A stretch of DNA of 64,000 nt from assembly GCA_002372275.1 (NCBI GenBank), contig DFFP01000025.1:2157-66156 (forward strand), given 5' to 3'. Made by a program: the position numbers and the translations under genes. Origin of the DNA: Alphaproteobacteria bacterium UBA3773. GTDB taxonomy: Bacteria > Pseudomonadota > Alphaproteobacteria > RF32 > CAG-239. The notes beneath the pieces were generated by a model that was not told the DNA's origin, did not search any database, and was given only the letters and a program-made list of their open reading frames with translations. Position 1 is the stretch's first letter. The number at the start of each line of letters is the position of its first letter. This document shows positions 1 to 10,166 of the stretch, one piece after another.

Positions 1-1390
<1,390 letters not shown>

Positions 1391-1417
1391 GGGTTTGATA
1401 GACTTTCTCTTCTCCCG

Positions 1418-1449
1418 GCCGCTTTTCAGTTTTGAAAGGCGGCTTTTTT
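1418..1449 (+). terminator. Rho-independent terminator after gyrB
   Basis: Hairpin gccgcttttc / gaaaggcggc (10 bp with one G-U pair, 6-nt loop) followed by TTTTTT. Confidence 0.6.
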
Positions 1450-1455
1450 GCAGTC

Positions 1456-1487
1456 AAAGAAAGCCTCCCGATGGGGAGGCTTTCTTT
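1456..1487. terminator. Bidirectional hairpin terminator between convergent gyrB and the OmpA-family gene
   Basis: Perfect palindrome aaagaaagcctccc-gat-ggggaggctttcttt, with A/T runs on both sides. Confidence 0.65.
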
Positions 1488-1507
1488 TTATAAAATCAAA
1501 ACAAAAT

Positions 1508-2167
1508 TTATTGTGCGTTAATTAAATAAATTTCAACACGTCTGTTTTGTTCTCTGCCTTCTGCGGTTGCATTTGTTGCAATCGGGTTTGACGCGCCCAT
1601 ACCGGCAGCTGAAATACGCGTAGCCGCCACACCTCTTAACACCAAATAGTTTGCAACAGTTTGAGCTCTTCTTTGTGAAAGCGGGATATTGATTTTATCA
1701 TTTCCCGTTGAATCCGTATAACCTAAAACCTGCAAGTTTGTTTTGTTATATTCTTTAGCCACAATCGCAACCGAATCCAAAACTCTGTTTGCACTTGTTT
1801 TCATCACATCTTCATTGGTGTTAAATGTGATGGCGTTTGGCATAATCAGCCTGATATTTTGACCGTCTCTGGCCACCTGAACACCTGTTCCTTGCAGGCT
1901 TTCACGAAGTTTTCTTGCCTGAATATCCATATAACCGCCCGTACCGGCACCTGCCACCGCGCCGACACCTGCGCCGATCAGCGCACCTTTTTCACCGCCG
2001 ACAAGTGCGCCCACACCGGCGCCGAGTGCCGTTCCGATACCTGTTCCCCAAGCTGTTTTCGAAACCTTAGATTCACCTGTATAAGGATCTGTGGCACAAG
2101 CGCCCAAAAACAACACAGCTATGAATGATAAAATGATTTTTTTCAATTTTTTTCTCCTTAAAAACAC
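1508..2167 (-). CDS. OmpA-family lipoprotein with glycine-zipper segment
   Basis: Signal peptide with lipobox LGAC. Gly-zipper GIGTALGAGVGALVGGEKGALIGAGVGAVAGAG. OmpA C-terminal domain motifs: LGYTDSTGN, LSQRRAQTVANYL, GMGASNP, NRRVEI. Confidence 0.85.
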   Translation of the reverse strand: MFLRRKKLKKIILSFIAVLFLGACATDPYTGESKVSKTAWGTGIGTALGAGVGALVGGEKGALIGAGVGAVAGAGTGGYMDIQARKLRESLQGTGVQVARDGQNIRLIMPNAITFNTNEDVMKTSANRVLDSVAIVAKEYNKTNLQVLGYTDSTGNDKINIPLSQRRAQTVANYLVLRGVAATRISAAGMGASNPIATNATAEGREQNRRVEIYLINAQ

Positions 2168-2236
2168 CTTCTTAAGGTAGCCTTAAAAATCACATTAATC
2201 AAGAAAAACTTTCAAAAAGATAGAAGGAAAATAATC

Positions 2237-2265
2237 TTGACAATATTTGCATTTCATCATATAAA
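2237..2265 (+). promoter_or_regulatory. Sigma70-like promoter for valS
   Basis: TTGACA (2237-2242), 17-nt spacer, TATAAA (2260-2265). AGGAG Shine-Dalgarno sequence lies just before the ATG at 2296. Confidence 0.45.
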
Positions 2266-2295
2266 CTTCACCATGTTTTTAAATAGGAGAATGTC

Positions 2296-4884
2296 ATGAA
2301 ATATAAAGAGATTTCAAGCCTTGATGATAAATTAAATATCTCAGAGGTTGAAAACCGCTGTAAAGAATATTGGCAGCAAACGGGCGTTTATCGGTATAAT
2401 CCTGATAAATCAAGGGAACAAACTTTTATTGTTGATACCCCGCCGCCGACCGTATCAGGCTCTCTTCATATCGGGCATATTTTCAGTTACACACAAACGG
2501 ATGTTATCTCAAGATACCAACGAATGAAAGGAAAAACGGTTTTATATCCGATCGGGTGGGATGATAACGGCCTACCGACTGAAAGAAGGGTTCAAAACTA
2601 TTACAATATTTCATGCGATCCGACACTTCCTTATGACAATAATTTCAAGCCTGAACACATTGAAAACAATAAATCACCTGTCAAAGAAATTTCCCGCAAA
2701 AATTTTATTGAGGCATGTGAAGAATTAACAGGCTCCGATGAAGGTATTTTTGAAAATGTATTCAAAAACATCGGACACTCTTATGATTGGAACATTAAAT
2801 ACTCAACCATCAGCCCGTCTTCCATTAAAGTTTCGCAAGAATCTTTTATAGATCTATATAAAAAAGGCGAAGTGTTACAGGTTGAATCACCGACCATGTG
2901 GGATGTGACTTTCCAGTCCGCCGTTGCACAAGCTGAAATTGAAGACAGAGAAACGGCAGGTTTTTTCCATGACATTAAATTCAAAATCGAAGGAACAGAT
3001 GAGAGTGTTGTGATTGCCACCACCCGTCCGGAATTTTTACCGGCCTGTATTGCTATTGTTGCACATCCTGATGATGAAAGATATCAACGCTTTTTCGGCA
3101 AAAAAGTAATTATTCCTCTCTTTGGCAGCAAAGTTGATATTATCGCTTCCGAGCATGCCGAAAAAGATAAAGGCACGGGTATTATGATGGTTTGTACTTT
3201 CGGGGATGCCGCCGACGTTCAGTGGTGGAAACAATCAGGTTTACCGCTTAAACAAATCATCGGTCTTGACGGCTGCTTACTTGATGTCAAATTCGGTCAA
3301 GAACCATTTACTTCCGAAAATCCTTCAAGAGCAAATGAATATTATCAGCAACTTGTCGGTTTAACGACCAAACAGGCACGTGAAAAAATCGTCTCATTTT
3401 TAAGAGAAAGCGGCGATTTAGCTTCTGAACCGCGCCCGATTACACATGCCGTTAAATTTTACGAAAAAGGCAATCGTCCTCTTGAATTTGTAACTTCACG
3501 TCAATGGTTTGTTAAATTACAAGATAAAAAACAACAAATGATTGAAGCCGGACGCCAAATCAAATGGAAACCGGAACATATGCAGATTCGTTATGAAGAA
3601 TGGGTTAAAGGGCTTAATCAAGATTGGTGTATTTCGCGCCAACGCTTTTTCGGCGTTCCCTTCCCTGTTTGGTACCGCTTAGATGACAAAGGGCAACCCA
3701 TCTACGACAACCCCATTATTGCAGATCTCAATCAACTCCCTGTTGACCCGATGGTTGATACACCTAAAGGCTTTACCTCTGATATGCGCGGCAAACCGAA
3801 CGGCTTTATCGGTGATAAAGACGTGATGGACACATGGGCAACATCTGCTTTAACTCCTCAAATCGTTCTTGATAAAGTCCAAAATAAAAAAATAGCTTTA
3901 CCGTTTGATATCCGCCCGCAAGCGCATGATATTATTCGTACATGGGCATTTTATACAATTGCAAAATCATTAATACATGTCCATACAATTCCTTGGAAAG
4001 AGGTTTTAATCAGCGGCTTTATTTTAGATCCTGACCGCAAAAAAATGTCAAAATCAAAAGGTAACGTTGTCACACCGCAACATTTAATTGATTCTTACGG
4101 TGCCGATTCTGTCAGATATTGGGCTTCGCGCGCACACTTAGGTGTCGATACCGCTTTTGAAGAACAAGTGATGGCTCAGGGCAAAAAGTTAGTGACCAAA
4201 ATATTTAACGCAAGCAAATTTGTGTTCCAAATTTTTGAAAGAGGCAATCTTAAAAATCAAGAAAACTATCAAAAATACATTACATCCAAACTTGATTTAT
4301 CTTGGATGAATAAGCTTTCCCAAATGCTTCAAACAGCTTCAAAATCACTCGAAGAATACGATTACGCTTCGGCTTTAGATGTTGTCGAGAAAAGATTTTG
4401 GGATTTTTGCGATAATTATCTTGAGATTGTTAAAAAACGCGCTTACTCGGAAGACAGTGATTCTGCAATAGCGTCACTGATTACAACAATTGATGTTTTC
4501 TTAAAAGCTTTTGCACCGTTCTGCCCGTTTATCACCGAAGAAGTTTATCAGGTTCGTCCGTGGGCTCAAGCAAACGGGTCTATTCATGCCACCTTATGGC
4601 CAAAGCTTGAAGATGTTTTTTCTTCTGATATTCAAAGTTCTGATAATTTGTATGATTATATTTCATTTATCACCGCTGAAATCAGAAAAGCCAAAACAAA
4701 AGAAAATGCTTCACAAAGAACGGGTATTGATCAAATCACGCTTTCAGCGCCTGAAAACATTCAATCTTTGATCAAGCCTTGCCTGATTGATATTTATAAT
4801 GTCGGAAGTATCAATAACGATATAACCTTAAAAATATCCGATAAATTAGAAGTATCAGATATCACCTTGGCCCCTGTTGCTTAA
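2296..4884 (+). CDS. valS: Valine--tRNA ligase (short, atypical-signature type)
   Basis: Class I aaRS with HIGH motif PPPTVSGSLHIGH and KMSKS motif KMSKSKGN. The WCISRQRFFG block is typical of ValRS/IleRS-type editing enzymes. 862 aa. Confidence 0.82.
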   Translation: MKYKEISSLDDKLNISEVENRCKEYWQQTGVYRYNPDKSREQTFIVDTPPPTVSGSLHIGHIFSYTQTDVISRYQRMKGKTVLYPIGWDDNGLPTERRVQNYYNISCDPTLPYDNNFKPEHIENNKSPVKEISRKNFIEACEELTGSDEGIFENVFKNIGHSYDWNIKYSTISPSSIKVSQESFIDLYKKGEVLQVESPTMWDVTFQSAVAQAEIEDRETAGFFHDIKFKIEGTDESVVIATTRPEFLPACIAIVAHPDDERYQRFFGKKVIIPLFGSKVDIIASEHAEKDKGTGIMMVCTFGDAADVQWWKQSGLPLKQIIGLDGCLLDVKFGQEPFTSENPSRANEYYQQLVGLTTKQAREKIVSFLRESGDLASEPRPITHAVKFYEKGNRPLEFVTSRQWFVKLQDKKQQMIEAGRQIKWKPEHMQIRYEEWVKGLNQDWCISRQRFFGVPFPVWYRLDDKGQPIYDNPIIADLNQLPVDPMVDTPKGFTSDMRGKPNGFIGDKDVMDTWATSALTPQIVLDKVQNKKIALPFDIRPQAHDIIRTWAFYTIAKSLIHVHTIPWKEVLISGFILDPDRKKMSKSKGNVVTPQHLIDSYGADSVRYWASRAHLGVDTAFEEQVMAQGKKLVTKIFNASKFVFQIFERGNLKNQENYQKYITSKLDLSWMNKLSQMLQTASKSLEEYDYASALDVVEKRFWDFCDNYLEIVKKRAYSEDSDSAIASLITTIDVFLKAFAPFCPFITEEVYQVRPWAQANGSIHATLWPKLEDVFSSDIQSSDNLYDYISFITAEIRKAKTKENASQRTGIDQITLSAPENIQSLIKPCLIDIYNVGSINNDITLKISDKLEVSDITLAPVA

Positions 4885-4907
4885 AAAGAATTTTGCCAAA
4901 TAAACAA

Positions 4908-5290
4908 GCGTGTCATGCTGAACGTATTGGAGCGCGACAGCTACGCATTGTCATCCTGGAATCAACGATGAGCAAGCTTGTCGCGCTCTATTTGTTTCAG
5001 GATCTTTACCCGTCACCCTTAGATTTATCCCGAGGGTCTCTCTATCTGTCACGCCTCGAGAACACCATCGGTGTTCGAGATTAGGCGTCCATGAAAGCAA
5101 CAAAATCGCCATTCCGAGGAACGCCCTGAGGCGTGACGTCGGAATCCATTCCTTATAAAAAGAATTTTCGCAAACACCGTGTCGCAATCCATTCCCTATT
5201 TACCCTCCCCTTAAGAGGCTCCATTTCTTTTCTCCCCCTTGAGGGGGGAGGTTTGGAGAGGGTGAAAATCATTTACCCTTATTAATAATC
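4908..5290 (-). repeat. Cluster of short palindromic REP/MITE-like elements (minus orientation), 3' of paralogue A
   Basis: On the minus strand: GGAATGGATTGCGACACGGTG..., GGAATGGATTCCGACGTCACGCCTCAGGGCGTTCCTCGGAATGGCG, GCCTAATCTCGAACACC-GAT-GGTGTTCTCGAGGCGTGACAG, plus the hairpin ctccccc-ttga-gggggag. The same element families occur at 26.7 kb and 48.0 kb. Confidence 0.7.
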
Positions 5291-5416
5291 TTTTATAGCT
5301 CAAACGGCGACATTTTGTTCATAAGCAAATACAGCGAAATTAACAAACAAGTGACCAAAGAGAATGCCAGCTCTCTAGAAGATAAAGAGAGGGTGATAAT
5401 AAATAATTCCTTACCC

Positions 5417-6325
5417 CTACCGATACCTTAACTTAAACGTATTTTTATTATCTTTCACAAGCGCTGAGGCCTCATCAACGTTCAAAATTCTTTTTCCTTG
5501 TAAACCAATTAGCTTTCCATCTTTATCATAAATCGCCACCGATCCATCTGAAGCATAAGAATATCGTTCAAGCAGTTCACCATTACCATTATATTTACCT
5601 AAAATCTTCCCATTCTCATCTTTTTTGGTATAACTTCCGGATATCACATCACCATTTGCCGTAAAATTTTCAAAACTGCCAAAAATTTGTGTAATATTAC
5701 CATCTTTATCATAAACCACATAATTATCCCCGTCTTTTTCATAGATAAGCGCATTACTTCCGCATTTTGAAGATGTGCAATATACTGTTCCGCTCGGCCA
5801 ATACGTTAATTCAACATCTCCCTGTACCCATGGGTAATATATTCGAGTATTTTCTGGAATAACCACACGTTTGACACCTGAAGAATAAAAAATATTGCCG
5901 GTTATTTTTTCTACAGTTTCAGGTATAACTAAATTTGGTGTAGACAAACGATAAAAAGCACCACCATTTATTTCTTTTAATGAATTTGGTAAAGATACTT
6001 CTCCGGCGCTTAAACCCGTATATCCTGAAAAACTGTCAGCAATACTTTCCATCCCTTCTGCAAAAACAATTTTTGAAAGATTTTTTGTCGGCATGTCTCT
6101 CAGCCAAGGAGACTGATATCCGTAATTTCCATAAATTGCCTCTGTTTTTTTGCCTGAAAATGTCAATGTATTTGAAGCAGAATCATACCGTGCCGTACAA
6201 TCTGAACCGCACGACCAACAATTTGAATCCGTATCCCCGTTTTCTTGCCCACATGGCGTTGCAATACCTGCCAAAACAGGTTTAACCATTAACAGCAAAA
6301 AACTTAAACACAACATCTTTTTCAT
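5417..6325 (-). CDS. Exported Cys-rich BspA-type LRR / YD-like repeat protein with conserved C-terminal tail (paralogue A)
   Basis: Signal peptide MKKMLCLSFLLLMVKPVLAG, taking the ATG at 6325 with GGGAG upstream; the ORF extends to a TTG at 6340. N-terminus CG..C..C...NTLTFSG. LRR_5-like SLPNSLKEINGGAFY / VIPETVEKITGNIFY. YD-like YDKDGN repeats. Tail GKRILNVDEASALVKDNKNTFKLRYR. Confidence 0.75.
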   Translation of the reverse strand: MKKMLCLSFLLLMVKPVLAGIATPCGQENGDTDSNCWSCGSDCTARYDSASNTLTFSGKKTEAIYGNYGYQSPWLRDMPTKNLSKIVFAEGMESIADSFSGYTGLSAGEVSLPNSLKEINGGAFYRLSTPNLVIPETVEKITGNIFYSSGVKRVVIPENTRIYYPWVQGDVELTYWPSGTVYCTSSKCGSNALIYEKDGDNYVVYDKDGNITQIFGSFENFTANGDVISGSYTKKDENGKILGKYNGNGELLERYSYASDGSVAIYDKDGKLIGLQGKRILNVDEASALVKDNKNTFKLRYR

Positions 6326-6343
6326 TATTTTTTCTCCCAACTA

Positions 6344-6457
6344 TTATAAAAAAAATCGCTTTCATAAAAAGCGACTGGAAGTTGGAAACTACTAACTAGA
6401 AATAGTGCGCATATTCGCTAAATGCTTATTTTGCGACCTTCCAGTCCAAACTGGAAG
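6344..6457 (-). promoter_or_regulatory. Structured 5' leader of paralogue A with alternative pairings and a terminator-like hairpin
   Basis: Plus-strand coordinates: gactggaag (6373-6381), cttccagtc (6438-6446), actggaag (6450-6457). The middle segment can pair with either flank. Hairpin tcgcttt-cataa-aaagcga (6356-6374) is followed on the minus strand by U8 (6348-6355), just upstream of the SD and ATG. Confidence 0.3.
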
Positions 6458-6562
6458 CTTGACATCATAAAAACTATGACGCTAGTTATGAGGTTTCCAC
6501 ACCCCAGATAGCTTTTTTTTGCCATCTATCGTTATTGTAACAAATATTGTCAAACAAAGCAA

Positions 6563-6592
6563 GAAAAAAAGCCACCTGACAACAGACGGCTT
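6563..6592 (-). terminator. Rho-independent terminator after the tolC / PopZ-like operon
   Basis: Minus strand aagccgtctg-ttgt-caggtggctt (10 bp including two G-U pairs) followed by TTTTTTT. Confidence 0.55.
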
Positions 6593-6628
6593 CATTATAA
6601 AATTTTTACAATACTGTAAAGTGCTGTT

Positions 6629-6880
6629 TTATTCTTCCGTTTTTTCAAGCTCTTGAACATTTTGTTCCTGAGCTTGATTTTTTGTATCAAGAATAAACGA
6701 AAATTCCTTTATGATTTCACCGGCGACTTTATCATAATCCACTTTATACGATTTTTTATAGATCATTTCTTTTGTGAGTTCAAAAATATCTTCTTTCGAA
6801 ACAATTTCTTTTTTCTCAAGCAAAATATTTCGAATGGAAGTTAATATTTCTTCTGTTGATATTTCTTCCGTTTCGTTCAT
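6629..6880 (-). CDS. Small acidic protein with PopZ/DUF2497-like N-terminal motif
   Basis: 83 aa. N-terminal EEISTEEILTSIRNILLEKKE resembles the (M)EEILASIRRII motif of PopZ/DUF2497. It starts 9 nt after the tolC stop, which suggests an operon. Confidence 0.55.
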   Translation of the reverse strand: MNETEEISTEEILTSIRNILLEKKEIVSKEDIFELTKEMIYKKSYKVDYDKVAGEIIKEFSFILDTKNQAQEQNVQELEKTEE

Positions 6881-6889
6881 ATTTCATCC

Positions 6890-8251
6890 TTATTTATCAA
6901 TCGAAAGTGAAAGCCATTTATTTCTGATTTTTTGGCTCATTTCATCAGGGTTATGATATTTCACGTTTAATTTTAAATCTTTTGCGGTTAATTTACCCAT
7001 TGAAAGTAAAAGTGCCATTCCTGAAACGTAATAATCACGTCTGGCCTCAACTTCAGCCACATTAGCATTTAAAAGTTCCTGATAAGCGTCTAAAACGTCC
7101 AAAACAGTTCTGTTTCCGAGTGCTTCTTCCTGCTGAACACCGTCAAGTGCAATCGCATACGCTTTAATTTGATCTTTTGAGGATTCGATGCGTGACTCGT
7201 TTGTGACCATATATTCATAGTTACCCGAAACGGTTGCAATCATCGCTCTTTCAGCTTCTCTGACTTTTTCTTCAGCTTCCCATCTTTTATACTTACTTTG
7301 CCTGATTTTAGCGCGTGTTTCACCCGAAGAATAAAGCGGCACAACCATATTAACCCCCCATTGATATGTGTGTGTTTCCGGATCTTTTGAGCGATAAGCT
7401 TCTTGTTTCGATCTTGCAGCCGAAGCTTCAAAATTAACTTGCGGAAGAAGTGCTCCTTCGTTTGCAACAACCGTATTTTTTTGTGCTTTTAAGGCACTTT
7501 TAGCAGCTTTTAATTCATAATTGTGTTCATAAGCGAATTTTAAGGCTTCATCGGCATCTTTCGGAAAAGCCTCTGATAAACTGGCCGGTTCTGTTAAATT
7601 TTCGGGTGTTGTTCCGATAATTTGAATATAGATTGCTTTAGAGGCCGCTAAATTTCCCTCAGCGGCAATTCGGCTTGAAATCGCAGCACTGTGGCGAGCC
7701 TCAGCCTGAGCCACATCCGTACGCGTCACCTCCCCCACATTAAAACGTTCACGCGTTTCATCTAAACGTTTTTTCAAAAGTTTTTCATTATTTTTTTGTA
7801 AATTCACAATAGATTCATCTTTTAAAACGTCCAAATAAGCTGTTGAAGCGGCAAGCAATATTTCCTGCTCCACTTCATATAAAGCATATTGTTCAGCCTC
7901 AGCTGCTTTATCAGCTGCCCTCACAGCGTAATACGTTGAAAGTCCGTTAAAAATAGGCTGACTTAAAACGGCGGCAATTGATTTTTGATATCCGTCATTA
8001 TATTGAACAGCCGGGTTCATATCGTTATGGGCGTGTGTATCTGTATATCCGCCTTTTAAGGCAATATTCGGGCGGTATCCTGATTTTGCAATCGCTACAT
8101 TTTCGCTGACAGATCCTAAATTTGCTCTTTCTCCTGCTAAAGTCGGGTTATGATTATAAGCATCTTCCATAGCTTCAAAAATAGATGCGGCCTGAACATT
8201 GAAGCAAACGGCCGAAAAACAGCAAAAAGACCAAAAAATTATTCTTTTCAT
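6890..8251 (-). CDS. tolC: TolC-family outer membrane channel
   Basis: Signal peptide. Two tandem TolC repeats with coiled-coil heptads. Typical alphaproteobacterial TolC N-terminus (EAMEDAYNHNPTL...ANLGS) and size (453 aa). Confidence 0.85.
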   Translation of the reverse strand: MKRIIFWSFCCFSAVCFNVQAASIFEAMEDAYNHNPTLAGERANLGSVSENVAIAKSGYRPNIALKGGYTDTHAHNDMNPAVQYNDGYQKSIAAVLSQPIFNGLSTYYAVRAADKAAEAEQYALYEVEQEILLAASTAYLDVLKDESIVNLQKNNEKLLKKRLDETRERFNVGEVTRTDVAQAEARHSAAISSRIAAEGNLAASKAIYIQIIGTTPENLTEPASLSEAFPKDADEALKFAYEHNYELKAAKSALKAQKNTVVANEGALLPQVNFEASAARSKQEAYRSKDPETHTYQWGVNMVVPLYSSGETRAKIRQSKYKRWEAEEKVREAERAMIATVSGNYEYMVTNESRIESSKDQIKAYAIALDGVQQEEALGNRTVLDVLDAYQELLNANVAEVEARRDYYVSGMALLLSMGKLTAKDLKLNVKYHNPDEMSQKIRNKWLSLSIDK

Positions 8252-8323
8252 ATAAGTTCAATCCTTACAAAACAAAACTTTTTTCATACTAAACATTTTC
8301 CAAAATTTTGCAAGTTTTTTTTA

Positions 8324-8351
8324 TTGAAATCAAAATCAAACTTTATATAAT
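8324..8351 (+). promoter_or_regulatory. Sigma70-like promoter for gltX
   Basis: TTGAAA (8324-8329), 16-nt spacer, TATAAT (8346-8351). AAGGA Shine-Dalgarno sequence before the ATG at 8384. Confidence 0.45.
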
Positions 8352-8383
8352 GGGAATAATTTTGAATAGACAAGGATACAAAA

Positions 8384-9706
8384 ATGTCAAACGTTAAAGT
8401 AAGGTTTGCTCCCTCGCCGACGGGATATATGCATATCGGCAACACAAGAACGGCACTTTTTAACTGGCTCTGGGCGAAAAAAATCGGTGGCGAATACATG
8501 CTCCGTATTGATGACACCGACAAACTCCGTTCCAAAAAAGAATACGAAGATTCTTTAAGAGAAAGCCTTAAATGGCTCGGTCTTTTTTGGTCAAGCGAAG
8601 CGCGTCAATCCGCCCGTTTTGACAGATATAAAGAAGTCACGGCAGATTTAATTAAAAAAGGGCGCATTTATCCTTGTTATGAAACACCTGAAGAACTCGA
8701 ATTTAAGCGCAAATACGCTCTTTCAAAAAAACTTCCTCCGATTTACGACAGACAAGCCTTAAATTACACGCCGTCTGACATCGAACGCTTTGAAAGAGAA
8801 GGTCGCAAACCGCACTATCGCTTCAAATTAATTGATGGCGAAATTTCGTGGAATGATGCCGTCAGAGGCGAAGTTAAATACGATGCTTCCAAACTCTCTG
8901 ACCCGATTATCATCAGAGAAGACGGTTCTTATCTTTATCACTTACCGTCTGTCATTGACGATACGGATTTCAAAATCACACATATTTTACGTGGCGAAGA
9001 TCATGTCACAAACACAGCCTCCCAAATTCAAATGTTTGAAGCTATCGGAGGCCAAGTTCCAACCTTTGCACACCTTCCTTTATTGACCGGAAAAGAAGGA
9101 AAGTTATCTAAAAGACTTGGGAGTTTAGGCGTTCGTGAACTTAAAGCTGAAGGAATTGAAAATATGGCTATTTCTTCTTATTTAGCCAAACTCGGAACTT
9201 CTGAAAATATTGAACCCTTTTATAGTTTAGATGATTTAGCTCAAACGCTTGATTTTTCACTTATCGGTCGTTCTCAACCGAAATTTGATGTCGATGATTT
9301 AAGACGTTTCAATCAAAAATACGTTCATAATCTTCCTTTTGAAAATATCAAAGACCGTTATAACGTCACAGAAGACTTTTTTAATGAAGTCAAGTCCAAC
9401 TTAAACAAGGCGGATGATATTATTATTTGGGATAAAATTTGTAATGATGAGATTAACCCTCAAATTTTAAATCCGTCTTTAACGGACACGGCGGCCTCAT
9501 TACTTCCAAGTGAGCCTTGGAATGAAACCACATTTCAAACATGGATTTCAGAAATAAAAGAAAAAACAGGCCTTAAAGGACATGATTTATTCCATCCGAT
9601 TCGCATGGCCGTGACCGGTATGGAAAGCGGTCCTGAGCTTAAAACTTTACTTCCTTTCATAGGTTATCAAAAAGTCCTCAAACGCCTTAAAGGTCAAAAA
9701 GCTTAA
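8384..9706 (+). CDS. gltX: Glutamate--tRNA ligase
   Basis: VRFAPSPTGYMHIGNTRTALFNWL (HIGH region), RIDDTD, LSKRLG (KMSKS-equivalent). 440 aa. Confidence 0.93.
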   Translation: MSNVKVRFAPSPTGYMHIGNTRTALFNWLWAKKIGGEYMLRIDDTDKLRSKKEYEDSLRESLKWLGLFWSSEARQSARFDRYKEVTADLIKKGRIYPCYETPEELEFKRKYALSKKLPPIYDRQALNYTPSDIERFEREGRKPHYRFKLIDGEISWNDAVRGEVKYDASKLSDPIIIREDGSYLYHLPSVIDDTDFKITHILRGEDHVTNTASQIQMFEAIGGQVPTFAHLPLLTGKEGKLSKRLGSLGVRELKAEGIENMAISSYLAKLGTSENIEPFYSLDDLAQTLDFSLIGRSQPKFDVDDLRRFNQKYVHNLPFENIKDRYNVTEDFFNEVKSNLNKADDIIIWDKICNDEINPQILNPSLTDTAASLLPSEPWNETTFQTWISEIKEKTGLKGHDLFHPIRMAVTGMESGPELKTLLPFIGYQKVLKRLKGQKA

Positions 9707-9709
9707 AAA

Positions 9710-9748
9710 CAAAAAAAATACCAAACTAAATGTTTGGTATTTTTTTTA
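9710..9748. terminator. Bidirectional terminator after gltX
   Basis: A-run, then ataccaaac-taaat-gtttggtat (9718-9740), then T8. Confidence 0.65.
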
Positions 9749-9753
9749 AATCT

Positions 9754-9915
9754 TTAACGCTTAAAAAAGACGTTAATTAAGGCTGCTATAAAAATCGGAA
9801 ATAAAAATCCGATCACATAAATTAAAGAAAATTCATCATCTGTTATTAACTTTGTCATAGCTGTCACAACAACAGCTAAACAAATAATGAAAACAGATAA
9901 ATACTTGTTTTTCAT
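9754..9915 (-). CDS. Possible small two-TM membrane protein
   Basis: The ORF's internal ATG gives MKNKYLSVFIICLAVVVTAM...FLFPIFIAALINVFFKR, which has two hydrophobic segments. No homology recognised. Confidence 0.25.
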   Translation of the reverse strand: MKNKYLSVFIICLAVVVTAMTKLITDDEFSLIYVIGFLFPIFIAALINVFFKR

Positions 9916-10111
9916 TTTTTTCTCAGAGTGATTTAAAAAATAACACTCTAAAAAACACGCCGGAACACACCCGAGCATGAAAAAAAGAACGACATCTGAA
10001 CACATAATATATATTTTTTTTAAATGGTTTATTTCTAATAATTTGAAAATATCTTAATTTTGTCTAAATTTACTTTATTAAAACAAACTTGTCAATATTT
10101 TTTTATTTATA

Positions 10112-10148
10112 GTAAAAAAACAGCCTCTGAAGTTAAATCAGAAGCTGT
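10112..10148 (-). terminator. Rho-independent terminator after rho
   Basis: Minus strand cagcttctga-tttaact-tcagaggctg followed by TTTTTTT. Confidence 0.6.
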
Positions 10149-10166
10149 TTTGAGTATTGTTTATTT

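Noticed and set aside
4893-5187. ORFs 4893..5084 (+, 63 aa) and 4951..5187 (-, 78 aa) in the valS-downstream intergenic region
   Set aside because: They lie entirely inside the palindromic REP-like cluster, have no SD, and their products are just translations of the hairpin repeats. Treated as non-coding.
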